Below, piece after piece: positions 40,225 through 52,955 of a stretch of DNA of 64,000 bases. A program made the position numbers and the translations under genes. The notes below the pieces were generated by a model. That model saw only the letters and a list, made by a program, of their open reading frames with translations, ran no database searches and was not told where the DNA came from. Origin of the DNA: Mizuhopecten yessoensis (lineage: Eukaryota); assembly GCF_002113885.1 (NCBI RefSeq), contig NW_018406415.1:2348239-2412238 (forward strand), in the 5' to 3' direction. How positions within the stretch are numbered: position 1 is the stretch's first letter; every line of letters starts with the position of its first letter.

Positions 40225-43200
40225 ATGGTTATCATGTCGGACATATTTCTCCAGGAAGACATCAACCAGGTGCTACGCAACAAGTTTGTGGTCATCATTG
40301 GCGATTCAAGTGAGTAAATGTATTTCATTTAACTTAAATTGGTGCCAATAATTAACCGTAGTCATTTAAGCGTTTGATGCAGGGGCAATCTTCATGTTAT
40401 CCGAAGTGAAGTGACGAGACTCCTTGAACAAGGTTAATCTATGACATCATAAGTAATATAAACCATGTGTTACGTCACAAGAGTTTTTGCTTTCATTCTC
40501 AAATGAAATGTGTTTCTGCTGGTAATGTTCATAAAGTGGGCTGCAGCACAAATGTAAATATATTTTTATAATATATCAAATTGATGTCTGCGCGCTGCAG
40601 TCTTACAGATATCACTTTCTGGTAAAGACATCTTACTTTCCCTTTTCGAAATTCTTCTGATTTTGTTCATAATTCTTTAGTAAGCATCATTAAAAATTAT
40701 ACAACTATAATGTAAAGAAAGATACTACAGTACAAATAAAATTGGAAATACCCCAGACCTAAATATGTTTCTGAAACCTGTTGCATAACTTCCTGTCAGA
40801 TAATTAGATAATTAGAATATAGTCCCAAGTAAATTAAACTGACAACCCAAACCCCACTCTGTGGTACATGTATCTGAAATACCTTCCACAAAATTGCCAT
40901 AATATACATTCAATTTAAGAAATATAACAACACCTCATTACGGCATTGTTGGCTTCTGATGTGTGAGTTGAAATGTGATCCAGATTGAATATATATTCTT
41001 ACAAATCTTTCGAAAAATTATTTGTGAAAACTTATCAGTTTGAAAGATGGGGTCCATAGAAGTAAATAAATTCCCCTTTTGGGGGTTATAAAATACAAAT
41101 GTAGTTGGAACAAGGAGAAATTAATGTGTAAACTTGAGACATTAAAAAAATAGGTAAGAACAAAAATGTCATGAAAGCTTCTTGGTAGCGTAAAGCTCAC
41201 AGTTGTCTGCTGAAAACTGACCAGTCCATCATATGTTATCAGGTGTTCAAAAAATTAAATGTGATAGAAATATTTAAAAAGTTCAATGTATTTCCAAGAA
41301 AATGTTATGATGCGGCACGGAATTAGATTAGACCCTGTTATCTTAGTCCGTGGATGCGGATACAAAATAGGAGATAAAAGTTGTCAGAGTATAGAGTATT
41401 GAAACACTTGTAAAATAAAAGGAGTAAAATGTAAGAGAAATATGAATAACAAAAGAAAAAAATATGAATTTAAGTAAGCTAAAAGAATAAATTGAACAAA
41501 AATAATGATATTTTAAAGAAAAGAAAAGTGATAAAAGAAGCCCTATGTGTTTTGTAAGAAACTTCCTTTGGTTGGATCCCACAAGGTGAGGTTGGAGTTC
41601 CCTTCTAATTATAATTCACATTGACACCTATACAACGGGGTTATAAGATTACTGATTACAAATTCAGAGTGAATCAAACAATCTATTTTTCAAACTCTCA
41701 AATTTAATTATTAAGTGATAAGATATTGTGACATTACAATCTCCGATATTGTCTTGTTTCTAAATCAAAATAAGGTTAACACAGGCCAGAACTGGGGAAA
41801 CCTCTCAATTTGATAGGGTTAAGCATTGACCTCAAAATGTCCTTGTCAATCTACTTTTGAGTACATCACCCCGGAATAGCTGGTGGGTGAGGGTGATCAG
41901 GAAATAACATTGAATTGAACTATGTTTTAATAATCAGTAAACAGTTTTTACTAGAAATAAGGATCAAATTTTTGGAAAAAAAGGTGAAAATGTTGAGATA
42001 AAATGTCTTACTGTACAAAGAGTTTTAAAACTATATTTATGAATAATTTGAAGGGATAGAAAGTAAGGTATGATGATTTGAAAAGTGAAATTGTCAAAAT
42101 CATAGATCTGTATTTTTTTTTTATTAAAAGACAAAAACAATTTAGGATTGAAATAGTTATATGAGTCTTATGTGTTGATTTGAAGTAGGGTTATATACAT
42201 GTATTGCAAGTGTCATGAACACTGAACAGGCCACCATCACAATATGATCTTGGATATGGATATCTGTTATCTATTTCCTTTCCTTTTTTTATGCTTTCCA
42301 GAAATTTGAATATTTAAATAAACTCTGAATCGGACAATTCAATCTAAAAAAAATATTTGAAGACAAATTGATATAGAATACTAGCATTTATTTAAATTTA
42401 GTTGATGGAAAAAAGATTTTTGTTTAATTACAAAATCTGTTAAATGTCGTTGTTCAAAGAAACCTCAAGGTTGTTTTACAGTAACCATTGTCTAATTATC
42501 TGGTATTCAATTTGAACAGATGTTGCAGTGAATAGTATAATTTGTACTACAGTTAAATCCATCTAAACTAAAAAATTACAGTACAATTGTATGACCAATA
42601 TTTGTGTTTGGACTAGACCTGCTTTCAAATTGAAAAGGCTCAATTTACATAGAATTGTACCGATACAGAACATGATTTATAGCTATAACTGAAGATCTGA
42701 TTATACAGGTTTCCAGATCTGGATTTAGCTTTATGATATACAGGTATTGCAGTTTCCATGAAACAATATTTAATAAATGCATGCGTGTCTTTCCCCACAG
42801 TCCAGAGGGCGATATACAAAGACCTCGTGCTTCTCCTGCAAAGGAACAGATACCTGAGTGACGCACAACTCCGGTCTAAGGTGAGATCTTTAAAGAGTTG
42901 ACTATTTTGTAATACAGATTAAATGAAACCTTGTTTTACTGCCCAGTGAAATTATGGTAGATGGAAAGGAATTATAAAAGGACAAGAGGACCAAGAATTT
43001 ATATGTTGATCTCATGGCATTACACTAAGTTTTAGTGTATTAGGATGTAAGGTTGGAACTAGGATGTAAGGTTGGAACTAGGATGTAAGGTTGGAACTAG
43101 GAAGTGAGGTTGGAACTAAAGAATAAAGCAAGGAGAAAAAAAAAATCCTTCTGATAGTGACATATTTGGTTCAACATACCGGAAGTATCACAGAACACCA

Positions 43201-45219
43201 GCTATTTCTTACTAAAACGATACCATTGTACATGGATAAAGGGAAATAACTCATCTGAATTTAGAAAAAGAGAACAATTTTTAACCGATTGTTTCAAAGA
43301 AATTGAAAGTGTTTGATCAATTTCTAGAGCTTGTTCTAAAATGTAAATCAGGGACAAAGTTTTTAGTAGAAGTTTCAAACTAACAATTATATGAATTTTC
43401 AGGGGGAGTTTTCATTTGTGAACGATGAGTTGGTAGAAGGAGGGAAGAAGGCCAAAATGTGTAACGGAAAGGGTTACAGAGAGGTGCGACAGTTCCAGAC
43501 CGACTACCACCTGGTACGCTTCTATTTTGTCACACGTTGTTACAATACCTACATGGAGTCAATCCTGGCTGACCTTTCATGTGACCCCCAGCCTGACCTT
43601 GTCGTCATGAATTCCTGTCTCTGGGACATCAGTCGGTGAGGATTTCTTTAGTTTATCGAGTTGCTAAATACATTAAAATGAAATAAAAATACAATTTTGA
43701 AATGTATTTCATATTAAATGTGGTTTTAACAAAGCAAAATACCACTCTTAAAACCATGTAATAATGAAATCTGAGAGAGAGGGAACTCGGGTATAATTTT
43801 AATATGGCCTTGTTGATTCTGGGGCTAGATATTCTGTCATCTTTTCTTGTCAAGTGACCAAATTATAACATCTTTGTAAGCTTGAATTCACAAGAAGGGA
43901 GAATGCCTTGTGTTCCTTCCCTGTTTTAGAATTTAAGGTACAGTGCTCGCTTTATTTTCTTACCAGGACTTTCTTTTCTCCTACTTTACATTTGGATATA
44001 TAATGGTGTAGTCAATAAATACTAGAGCTAAATGAAATGTTACAGAGTACCGTTTTTTCTGTCATGGTTTTAGGCTTACAAACTGACTTTACTGTTGCTA
44101 CACTTTCAGTTGGCTAGTACAGTTTATATATGAAAACCATATCATTTGAGTTGTTGTATAAACAAGTTTGGCTTGATGGTATCCACGAAATCCACAACAG
44201 CATTCTGCAGGTGAAAAATTGCAGGCTTAAATATTCATGTGTTAAGAGATGTAAGTGTTTTATCAATTTTCGACAGGTATGGAGCGTCAGCAGTAGACCA
44301 GTACAAAAAGAATCTTGAGCGTCTTTTCACAAGGTTTGAGGAAACTCTTTCTAAGGGGTGTATGGTAATATGGAACACCACCCTACCCATTTCTAAGAAT
44401 GCCAAAGGGGGCTTTCTAGTACCAGAGGTAGAATTTATGAACAGTACTCTGAGGCTAGACATCCTTGAAGCCAACTTCTATGCTCGTCAGATCGCTGTTG
44501 CTCATAGCTTGGATGTCCTTGACCTGCACTACTTTCTGCGTCACCAACTGCACCGTCGTGCCGATGATGGCATTCACTGGGACATGACTGCTCATCGCCG
44601 CATGACAAACCTTATCATGACGCATGTGTGTGAGGCATGGCGGGAAAAGCTCCCAGGAAGAGTGGACCACAACAAGAACGAGACCAAGCAGTTGTCACGG
44701 ACTGTGAGCGTGGAGAGGGAGGAATGTTTAGACAAGGGACGCTACAACAATGCAAGGAAAGAGGAAGGCAGAAATGTTCACAAAGACGAAAACTTCCGAC
44801 TCGACAACCGTGTTAACGACAAAAACAGTGTCCGGGAAGATCGATGGAATGGAAACTTTACTAATTTCTCCATCACCAGGAACACCAGCAACACCAGCAA
44901 TGCTCAGCAAACTTACCAAGAATATCTGGATGAAATTAACAGCAATCGCAATAAGTCCAGCCACAACCAGGCCTCCTATGAGCCAAGCACTCGATCCGGC
45001 ATGGCTGCAGTTCAAAACAGACCTGAAGCTTGTTCTCCAGCCAGTGTGATACACGCATTCAAACAGATGGCGTCCGGCGAATACCAATGGCAGCCATACC
45101 AACAGAATTCATATCAGCCGCTGAGCCGAAATGTGCCACACTACAGACAGACTCAGCGAGAAAACCCTTACAACAATCGCTCAGTTAAGGTCGGCCAAAG
45201 CTGGTCCTCACAGTGGTAG
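40225..45219 (+). CDS. PCED1A: PC-esterase domain-containing protein 1 (PCED1/FAM113)-like, paralogue A, ~446 aa
   Basis: Exons 40225-40309 (alternative ATG 40234), 42801-42880, 43403-43635 and 44277-45219 join in phase. Motifs [58 protein letters not shown], DGIHW. Confidence 0.92.
43041..43118. repeat. 19-bp tandem repeat x4
   Basis: (taggatgtaaggttggaac)n. Confidence 0.85.
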
Positions 45220-45604
45220 GGTGTAGGAAGATTATCTGATACTGCTGTTATTGTCCCAGTATCATTGGCTCACAATGGCTGGAGTTGGTTTCATATATAT
45301 ATGTAGCAATGATGCAGGTCACACTTTTATGCGGTAATCTGTTACACACTATTGCACAAGATCACTGATTTCTGTGTGATTGTTTTTTTTCTCTTTACTG
45401 TTGAAGTTTTGCAATTTTAATCATAATATACTCTGTACTAAAATATTGTCATTACCCAGTATCTCATTGATGTGCTGTGCCTAATATATTGAATTTTTGT
45501 GTCACATATGTAGAAATGAATGTGTTGTGTAATACATTAATCTGTTGTATGAGGATGTGTAGTGAGTATTATATTGATTCGTGGTGTCATATACATCGTG
45601 CCAT

Positions 45605-46640
45605 CTGTGGTGTCTGATACATAGATGTGTTGTGTCCAGTACATTGATGTGTTGTGTGATACTTTTATGTGTTGTCTAATACATCGATGTGTTGTGTGTA
45701 ATGTTTTGATGTATTGATGTGTTGTGTCCAGTACGTTGATATATTGTGTCCAGTACGTTGATGTGTTGTGTCCAGTACATAGATGTGTTGTGTCCAGTAC
45801 ATAGATGTGTTGTGTCCAGTACATTGATGTGTCATGTCCAGTACATTGATGTGTTGTGTCCAGTACATAGATGTGTTGTGTCCAGTACATAGATGTGTTG
45901 TGTCCAGTACATTGATGTGTTGTTTGATACATCAATGTGTTGTGTAATATTTGGTATGTGTTGTTTGATACATCAATGTGTTGTGTAATATTTGGTATGT
46001 GTTGTGTCTAATACATCAATGTGTTGTGTAATATTTGGTATGTGTTGTGTCTAATACATCAATGTGTTGTGTAATATTTGGTATGTGTTGTTTGATACAT
46101 CAATGTGTTGTGTAATATTTGGTATGTGTTGTGTCTAATACATCAATGTGTTGTGTAATATTTGGTATGTGTTGTGTCTAATACATCAATGTGTTGTGTA
46201 ATATTTGGTATGTGTTGTGTCTCATACATCAATGTGTTGTGTAATATTTGGTATGTGTTGTGTCTAATACATCAATGTGTTGTGTAATATTTGGTATGTG
46301 TTGTGTCTAATACATCAATGTGTTGTGTAATATTTGGTATGTGTTGTGTCTCATACATCAATGTGTTGTGTAATATTTGGTATGTGTTGTGTCTCATACA
46401 TCAATGTGTTGTGTAATATTTGGTATGTGTTGTGTCTCATACATCAATGTGTTGTGTCCAGTACGTTGATGTGTTGTGTCCAGTACGTTGATGTGTTGTG
46501 TCCAGTACATTGATGTGTTGTGCCCAGTACATTGATGTGTTGTTTGATACATCAATGTGTTGTGTAATATTTGGTATGTGTTGTGTCTAATACATCAATG
46601 TGTTGTGTAATATCTTGATGTGCTGTCTAATACACTGATG
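45605..46640. repeat. GT-rich minisatellite: 22-bp units plus a derived 43-bp dimer block
   Basis: gatgtgttgtgtccagtacata (period 22) and caatgtgttgtgtaatatttggtatgtgttgtgtctaatacat (period 43). Confidence 0.95.
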
Positions 46641-46927
46641 TGCTTTGCAAAACATTGAATTGATGTCTTACACTTTCTTAATCACCAATAGATTTCACCA
46701 GTTTGTATGTATCTTGTCACTTGAACATGTAATTTAGACTATTTGTATGTTATAACTTGTACATGTAGTTCAGACTAGTGCTTTCAGTTTGCATTTTACA
46801 CTTGTTTCATGTATTACACTTTGTTTACTTTTGAATTACTGTGTTTGATTCTTGTATGACTTTATATATGTTTTTATAATTTTATCCAAATATGTTCAAA
46901 TACCACTGAGATTTTCCAAACTCTTGA

Positions 46928-47476
46928 TTTAAGCTCAATTGGTTAAACATACCAGGGTGAGCTTATGTGGTGGTGCTTTGTCTGTTGTCTGCCAATGATC
47001 GACGTAACTCATTCACCCCTGAAATTTCTTAATGAACTATTCCAACCTTTAAATTGGAAGAGTTCAAATGTGTCTTTAGGGGTGAATGAGTTGAACGTCT
47101 CCCAAACTACTGAGTAAAATCCAACAAAATTTTGCTAGCCTTCCTAGGCCATGGGGATCAAAGGCGACACAAAGAAGCTGACCCTCCTTTGGGCTGATGA
47201 AATTGACATCTACTTCCAAACTGGCTGATCCTCCTGGGGACTGAGGGGCAAGGTACAGTGGATTCTATTAGCTGATTTGCCTTAAATGACATCTCAAGTA
47301 CTGGGCATATTTCAACCCAATTGTAGTGGTGCTATGCCAAGCCCAAGGGAAGCCAAAGTTAAATCAATGAAGTGGGTAACATTCCTGGGCACTTTCCTTC
47401 TAAACTCCTGGGCATATCTCAACCTCATTTTCAAAATAGCCAGGTGAGCGATACAAGACCCTTGTGCATCTTGTTT
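46928..47476 (-). mobile_element. HINE/pearl-like element (reverse orientation) with a nested piggyBac-like MITE at 47008-47090
   Basis: tttaagctca..gtgagct stem-loop at one end and ccaggtgagcgatacaagaccc..cttgttt at the other; MITE TIR CTCATTCACCCCT inside. Confidence 0.6.
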
Positions 47477-47911
47477 CATTATTTCCTAGAGAAGTGAATC
47501 TTGTGTTTGGTCGATAAGAGTAGATAAGAATAGTGTTAACCAAGGAAGATTAATCTTTCAAAGTTTATTTTGCCAGGTTATTTTGAATGTGTGTACTATA
47601 TATAACTGAGGATGTGAATTTCATTTTAGACGGTTTTGATATCAGATAAGTGTCATATTTAATATGTTATTTATGTACATGTAGTCCAGGTCATGATTCT
47701 TGTACTTTTTTCCAACAAAAATATGTTTCTGTAGCAGACATTTTGCATTTTGTTTGTGACCAAATAAAAATTATTTTTGAAAGTTTATTCCAAGACTGTG
47801 ATTCTAGATATATAAAGTTATGAAAATTAGTATCATTACATGTATTTAGTTTATATAAAGTATTTGGTATCCATGTAAATCACATTATCTGAAATTTTGT
47901 GAGACACTTAA

Positions 47912-47996
47912 ATCTTGTTCACCGCTAAATTTTCATAATGAACTATTCCAACCTTTGAACTGGAAGAGTTCAAATGTGTCTTCAGGGGTGAATGAG
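47912..47996. mobile_element. piggyBac-like MITE copy
   Basis: Internal sequence shared with 47008 and 55028; TTAA on the left. Confidence 0.65.
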
Positions 47997-48754
47997 TTGA
48001 TGGAAATTTGCAAATGTACCCTACTGATAACTACGATCATTATTTAATAAATGGTTTAATCTCAGATCCTTGCATCAATCCCAAAATTTTCTTAAATCAG
48101 TTTTTCGCTCAACATAATATGAAGAAACATTTTGGTAATACAGACTGTAATTAGTTTGTTCTTAAAACATCTAAGAAAGCTAACGCAAAAAAATGCTGAG
48201 AAAATGAAATCTTCTCAATATCTTTTTGTCCTGTAAAAATATTTTGAATTCTATCATTTTGAAAGTTTCAGACAAGAAATATTTTTCTTTGTTTAATTTT
48301 ACACCAAAGTCATTATTTGGGTATATTTTGTTAATTTGAAATTTTAATATTTTTGCCTTGTAAATTAAGGAAAAATGCAAGACAGACATTTCTAGCCGGT
48401 GTAAAATTGTTAATCAAGTTTATCGTTTCATGTTTGTTGTAGGATACGTAGAACTATAGAAATATGCCTATTTGTCCTTGCTTGGCAATTTAGATAAGGA
48501 AGATAAAAAAAAAATGACTTTAAAAGATGGGAAAACTGTGTTTGTTTATATTTAAGTCACAAATGAAAATTTAATAAACAAGTTTAAGTTGATAAATATC
48601 AAACCTAAAATTTTACTAATCCATACTTTGTGAAATGCAGATAATTTGAAAGCTACATCAATTTCTTGATATCAGTACTGCCTGGTACTATTTTTCCCAA
48701 TTGACCATTTTTCTGTCTTCTCTTCCTCGACATTAAATTAAATGTCTTCCACAT

Positions 48755-48778
48755 CAGAGACGTATATATACGTCTCTG
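48755..48778. mobile_element. 24-bp perfect CAGAGACG palindrome with 7-bp TSD
   Basis: TCCACAT|CAGAGACGTATATATACGTCTCTG|TCCACAT. Confidence 0.9.
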
Positions 48779-50924
48779 TCCACATGTACAAGAAGCTTTC
48801 AAAGGATTTTTTTTCAAGAGTTTTACTGATAAAGGTGTAGCAAGTGTCGCATCAAATATGAATGTAAATCTTTACTGAAGACATATTTGGAAGGTAAGAA
48901 GAAAACCTGTCGATAGTCTTCAGTTAATTCTTCATCAATGAATGGACAATGCTAAATTAACACATTTTGGAAAGGGAGGCAACTGTATTGGAAAGGGAGG
49001 CAACTGTAAAACACAAATCATATTGTACATTTATTAGGAAGTGTTTATCAATTAAAATAATCTGGATTCGAAAATGAACAATTACAGGAGCTGCATCAAA
49101 CTAAGTGTGATTTAGAAAATTTGGTGGAAAGTTGAGTAATCTGGATTGATCTACACAACAAGAGGGTAGGTCACGTAATATATCGCGTCACCAGCACACA
49201 TTACATTGTTGTTTAAATCTGTATATTTGTCATTTTAATAAAAGGACAGTATGGAATATTATCTTTCTTGTTATGTTTGTCCATTACAAACAAAGAGATA
49301 CGTTAACAAAAATATACTGGCCTATTTCCTTATGGTGGATCGAGTTATAGGATTAAAGGACACTACATGCCATATCATGTCTGCCACAGATTTTGTTTAT
49401 CAGGAAGTAATGTTTAGCTCGCCTGCCTCTTAGAGGATGTGTGTCTAAAATCTTCGAGCCATTCTATTGAAACACGCACAAGTTTTATCATCGTACGATG
49501 AAGAATGTGTCCTTAATATTTTATAAAATGCAGAAGTTATAATCCACACAAGGAAATCTACATATTTGATCTTGAACCTTGACCTTTGGAGTAGGGCCCA
49601 GAAATGGTATGCATACCTAGTTGTCGAATGATAGTACATGTAAAATGATTTTGAACATGAACTCGTGAAATTCTATAAAACAACAGGTTGTCCAGACGAT
49701 CAAAAACAGCATATTTGTCTTTTTGACATATTAACGTTGGTGACCTTGAACTTTGGGTAGCAGCAAATTATTCCATGATTTTTGAAAAATTCTCTTTAGC
49801 TTGAATTATTAGACAAGGAACAGGATATTAATCTTTGACCTCTATCAGTGGCACATGACCCTTCCCTCTAATGGTGATGCATATTTCCATTCAATGGAGC
49901 CATTTGAAGCTGGTGTGTTCCAACAGGATCCTTATAAATATTAGTTTCATTTTAGGGGTGTAACAATGTATCAAACCATTATGGTGTCGTAAAATATTTT
50001 GATTTGTGATAAATGTATCATCTAGTCACATGACATATAACCATAAAAATAATTTAATAATGATAAAAAAGTTAAATATAGCAAATTTATGTAATCTGTA
50101 CTGTCTTTTTCATTACCTAAACCAAATGTAGCAGAACTGGACTGGGTCAATCGCGAGCGACCAGGTAGCTCAATTGGTAAGAGCGTCCATCTAGGGTTTG
50201 GAGTTTCGGTTGGAACCCCAGTCTGGCAATTGCATTTCTCTTGTTACCCAAGTTACAAAGGTAAAAGATACAATGGAAAATGGCAGAGATTCTACATGCA
50301 CAATGCTGTGGTCAATGTTACAGTCAAGATACATGGCAATATATACACCTTCCACAGTTTACAAGACTTTTGAATGTCAGAGTTTGTTCAAACTAAATAC
50401 TGTGGGTACGTATGTTGAAAACTTAACCCTTGTAAAATATCACTTTGTATAGTACTACAAACTTATATGTACCAAGTTAGGTGATGATGATATCGATAAT
50501 AGTACAACTATGGCATAGAAACCATCAACCAATCAGATTGCAGTGATGGACATATAGAATGACCTTGGTCTTTTGACACAAAGATCTGAACAAAAGGAGT
50601 ACAGCTGTCTACCTCAAACCAAGTACATGAACTACTGACTAATGAAGATGAAAGTAGAGAATGTGATTTTATGGACGGGAAACCATCAGCAAATTGGATT
50701 AAAGGAAATGACCTTGAATATCCTAATGAACAAAGGTGAGGTGAAATGCAAAAAATTGTGAAACACAGACACATACTTTATCAAGAAATTTATTGAAATC
50801 GGTACCAAAGTAGTTCAAATGTTAGACAATGCAGTCAAAAGTCTGTTAATTATAATGTCAGTCGATTCCATCATCAATACAAAGTATTTCAACATGCAAT
50901 TAGATCCACAGAAAAGAAATTATT

Positions 50925-51210
50925 ATTAATAATTAGTACTCATAGAAAGCATGCATTTTAATCAGTACCCATAGAAAACCTAAATATTATTCAATACCCA
51001 TAGGAAACATGAATATTAATCAGTACCCATAGACAAAAATAATATTATTCAATACCCATAGGAAACATGAATATTAATCAGTACCCATAGACAAAATTAA
51101 TATTAATCATTACCCATAGAAAACCTAAATATTTTTCAATACCCATAGGAAAACATGAATATTAATCAGTACCCATAGAAAACATGAATATCAATCATTA
51201 TCATTAGAAA
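50925..51210. repeat. 29-bp tandem repeat, ~10 copies
   Basis: cccatagaaaacatgaatattaatcagta; period 50967->50996. Confidence 0.85.
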
Positions 51211-51331
51211 AACAAAGAAAATTCATAGAACAAAATACAGATATTCATCAGTAACCATAACAAAAACTGCAAAACATGCATCGATGAGAAACCAACAAAT
51301 ATTTATCAGGTTGTACAGAAGGCATGCAAGT

Positions 51332-52195
51332 AACAAGAGGCCCATGGGCCTTAACGGTCACCTGAGTCCTACAGTATTTATTTTTGTTGTTGAAATATGT
51401 ACCAATTTGAGTAAAAAATAGTTAAGAATAATGTTAACTTAACTTTGTCAGGACCATGAGCTGATCATTCCTAGACCAATTTTAAGTGAGATGGGCCTAT
51501 TAGAACTTGTTTTTAAGTTTGAAATAGGTATTTACAAAATGGCGGCCATGGTGGCCATATTGGATTTCTGATTGACCTGAAAAATAACGACACTTTGTCA
51601 GGACCATTAGGCAATCAATCCTACCAACTTTCAGTTCAATCGGCCCAGCAGAACTTGACTTTAATTTTGAAATAGGTTTTCAAAATGGCGCCATGGTGGC
51701 CATATTGGATTTCTGATCGACCCGAAAAATAACAACACTTTGTCAGGACCATGAGGCGATCATTCCTACCAACTTTCAGTTCAATCGGTCCAGCAGAACT
51801 TGACTTTAAGTTTGAAATAGGTTTTCAAAATGGCGGCCGTGGCGGCCATATTGGATTTCTGATCGACCCGAAAAATAACAACACTTTGTCAGGACCATGA
51901 GGCGATCATTCCTACCAACTTTCAGTTCAATCGGTCCAGCAGAACTTGACTTTAAGTTTGAAATAGGTTTTCAAAATGGCGGCCGTGGCGGCCATATTGG
52001 ATTTCTGATCGACCCGAAAAATAACAACACTTTGTCAGGACCATGAGGCGATCATTCCTACCAATTTTCAGTTCAATCGGCCCAGCAGAACTTGACTTAA
52101 AGTTTGAAATGTAAAATGTTAACGGACGACGGACGACGACGGACGAAAACGGATAGCAATAGGTCACTTGAGCTAAAGCTCAGGTGACCTAAAAA
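51332..52195 (+). mobile_element. Helentron-associated HINE/pearl-like element with ~146-bp tandem cores
   Basis: 5' aacaagaggccc..ggtcacctgag; cores at 51451, 51601, 51746, 51892 and 52038; (GACG)n; 3' hairpin aggtcacttgagc-taaa-gctcaggtgacct followed by an A-run. Confidence 0.85.
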
Positions 52196-52955
52196 TACCT
52201 GTAGAACTAGAGAGTTAGCATAGCTCACAATACCCTTAATGCCCCCTGCTTGACCTATGGAGTGATCACAAGTCATCGGTTCACTGACCAATCATGCCCA
52301 TATTTAAACTTGTCATAGGTATGTCCCAGGCAAACTGTTACCAAACATGGCTGTGATGTTTCATTAAAATCTGGCGGGCAGTAAGTTTGCAGAGTTATGA
52401 CAATGGGTGCGACAGGACAGATGGAAGGACATGCAAGAAAAAAGAACTTGTTTTACATAGCAGGGGTATAGAAATACCAAAAAATCGTAATATCGTAATC
52501 GTAATCGTAATAAAAGAATATAATAAAACTTATAAGTGCTTCCTTGGTAAAACCAGATAACTTGTACACATGTAAAGAAAATATTGGAATACTTATTCAA
52601 CACCCATACAAATCATACCAGACAAATACTTAATAGTAGCCATACAGAAAAGGTTTGACACATAAGTCAACACTCGTAGAATCGTAATCTTTAAGTGTTA
52701 ATCAGCATCCAATAGACACCATGGATATGTTACCTAAGTAAATTATAGGTAAACAGTGCCAATGAAAAGAACAGTATTGGAACAATATTCAACACCATAG
52801 AAGTATTAATCTGTAACCTTGTGATTTCCTTTGCCCCATATTTATGTAAATTGGGAAAAAAAACCACATCAAAAACAAAAACCACATCAAAAACAAAAAC
52901 CACATCAAAAACAATCTGAAGTTGGCTTCAAGAAAAATATCGCTTCAGTCGAGCA

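Noticed and set aside
44455-45102. Antisense or alternative-frame ORFs overlapping PCED1, nanos and the 30.8-kb exon
   Set aside because: Shadow ORFs of GC-richer coding exons, with no independent evidence.
45537-45935. Minus-strand ORFs with repeated YWTQHI/LDTTH
   Set aside because: These are translations of the 22-bp minisatellite.
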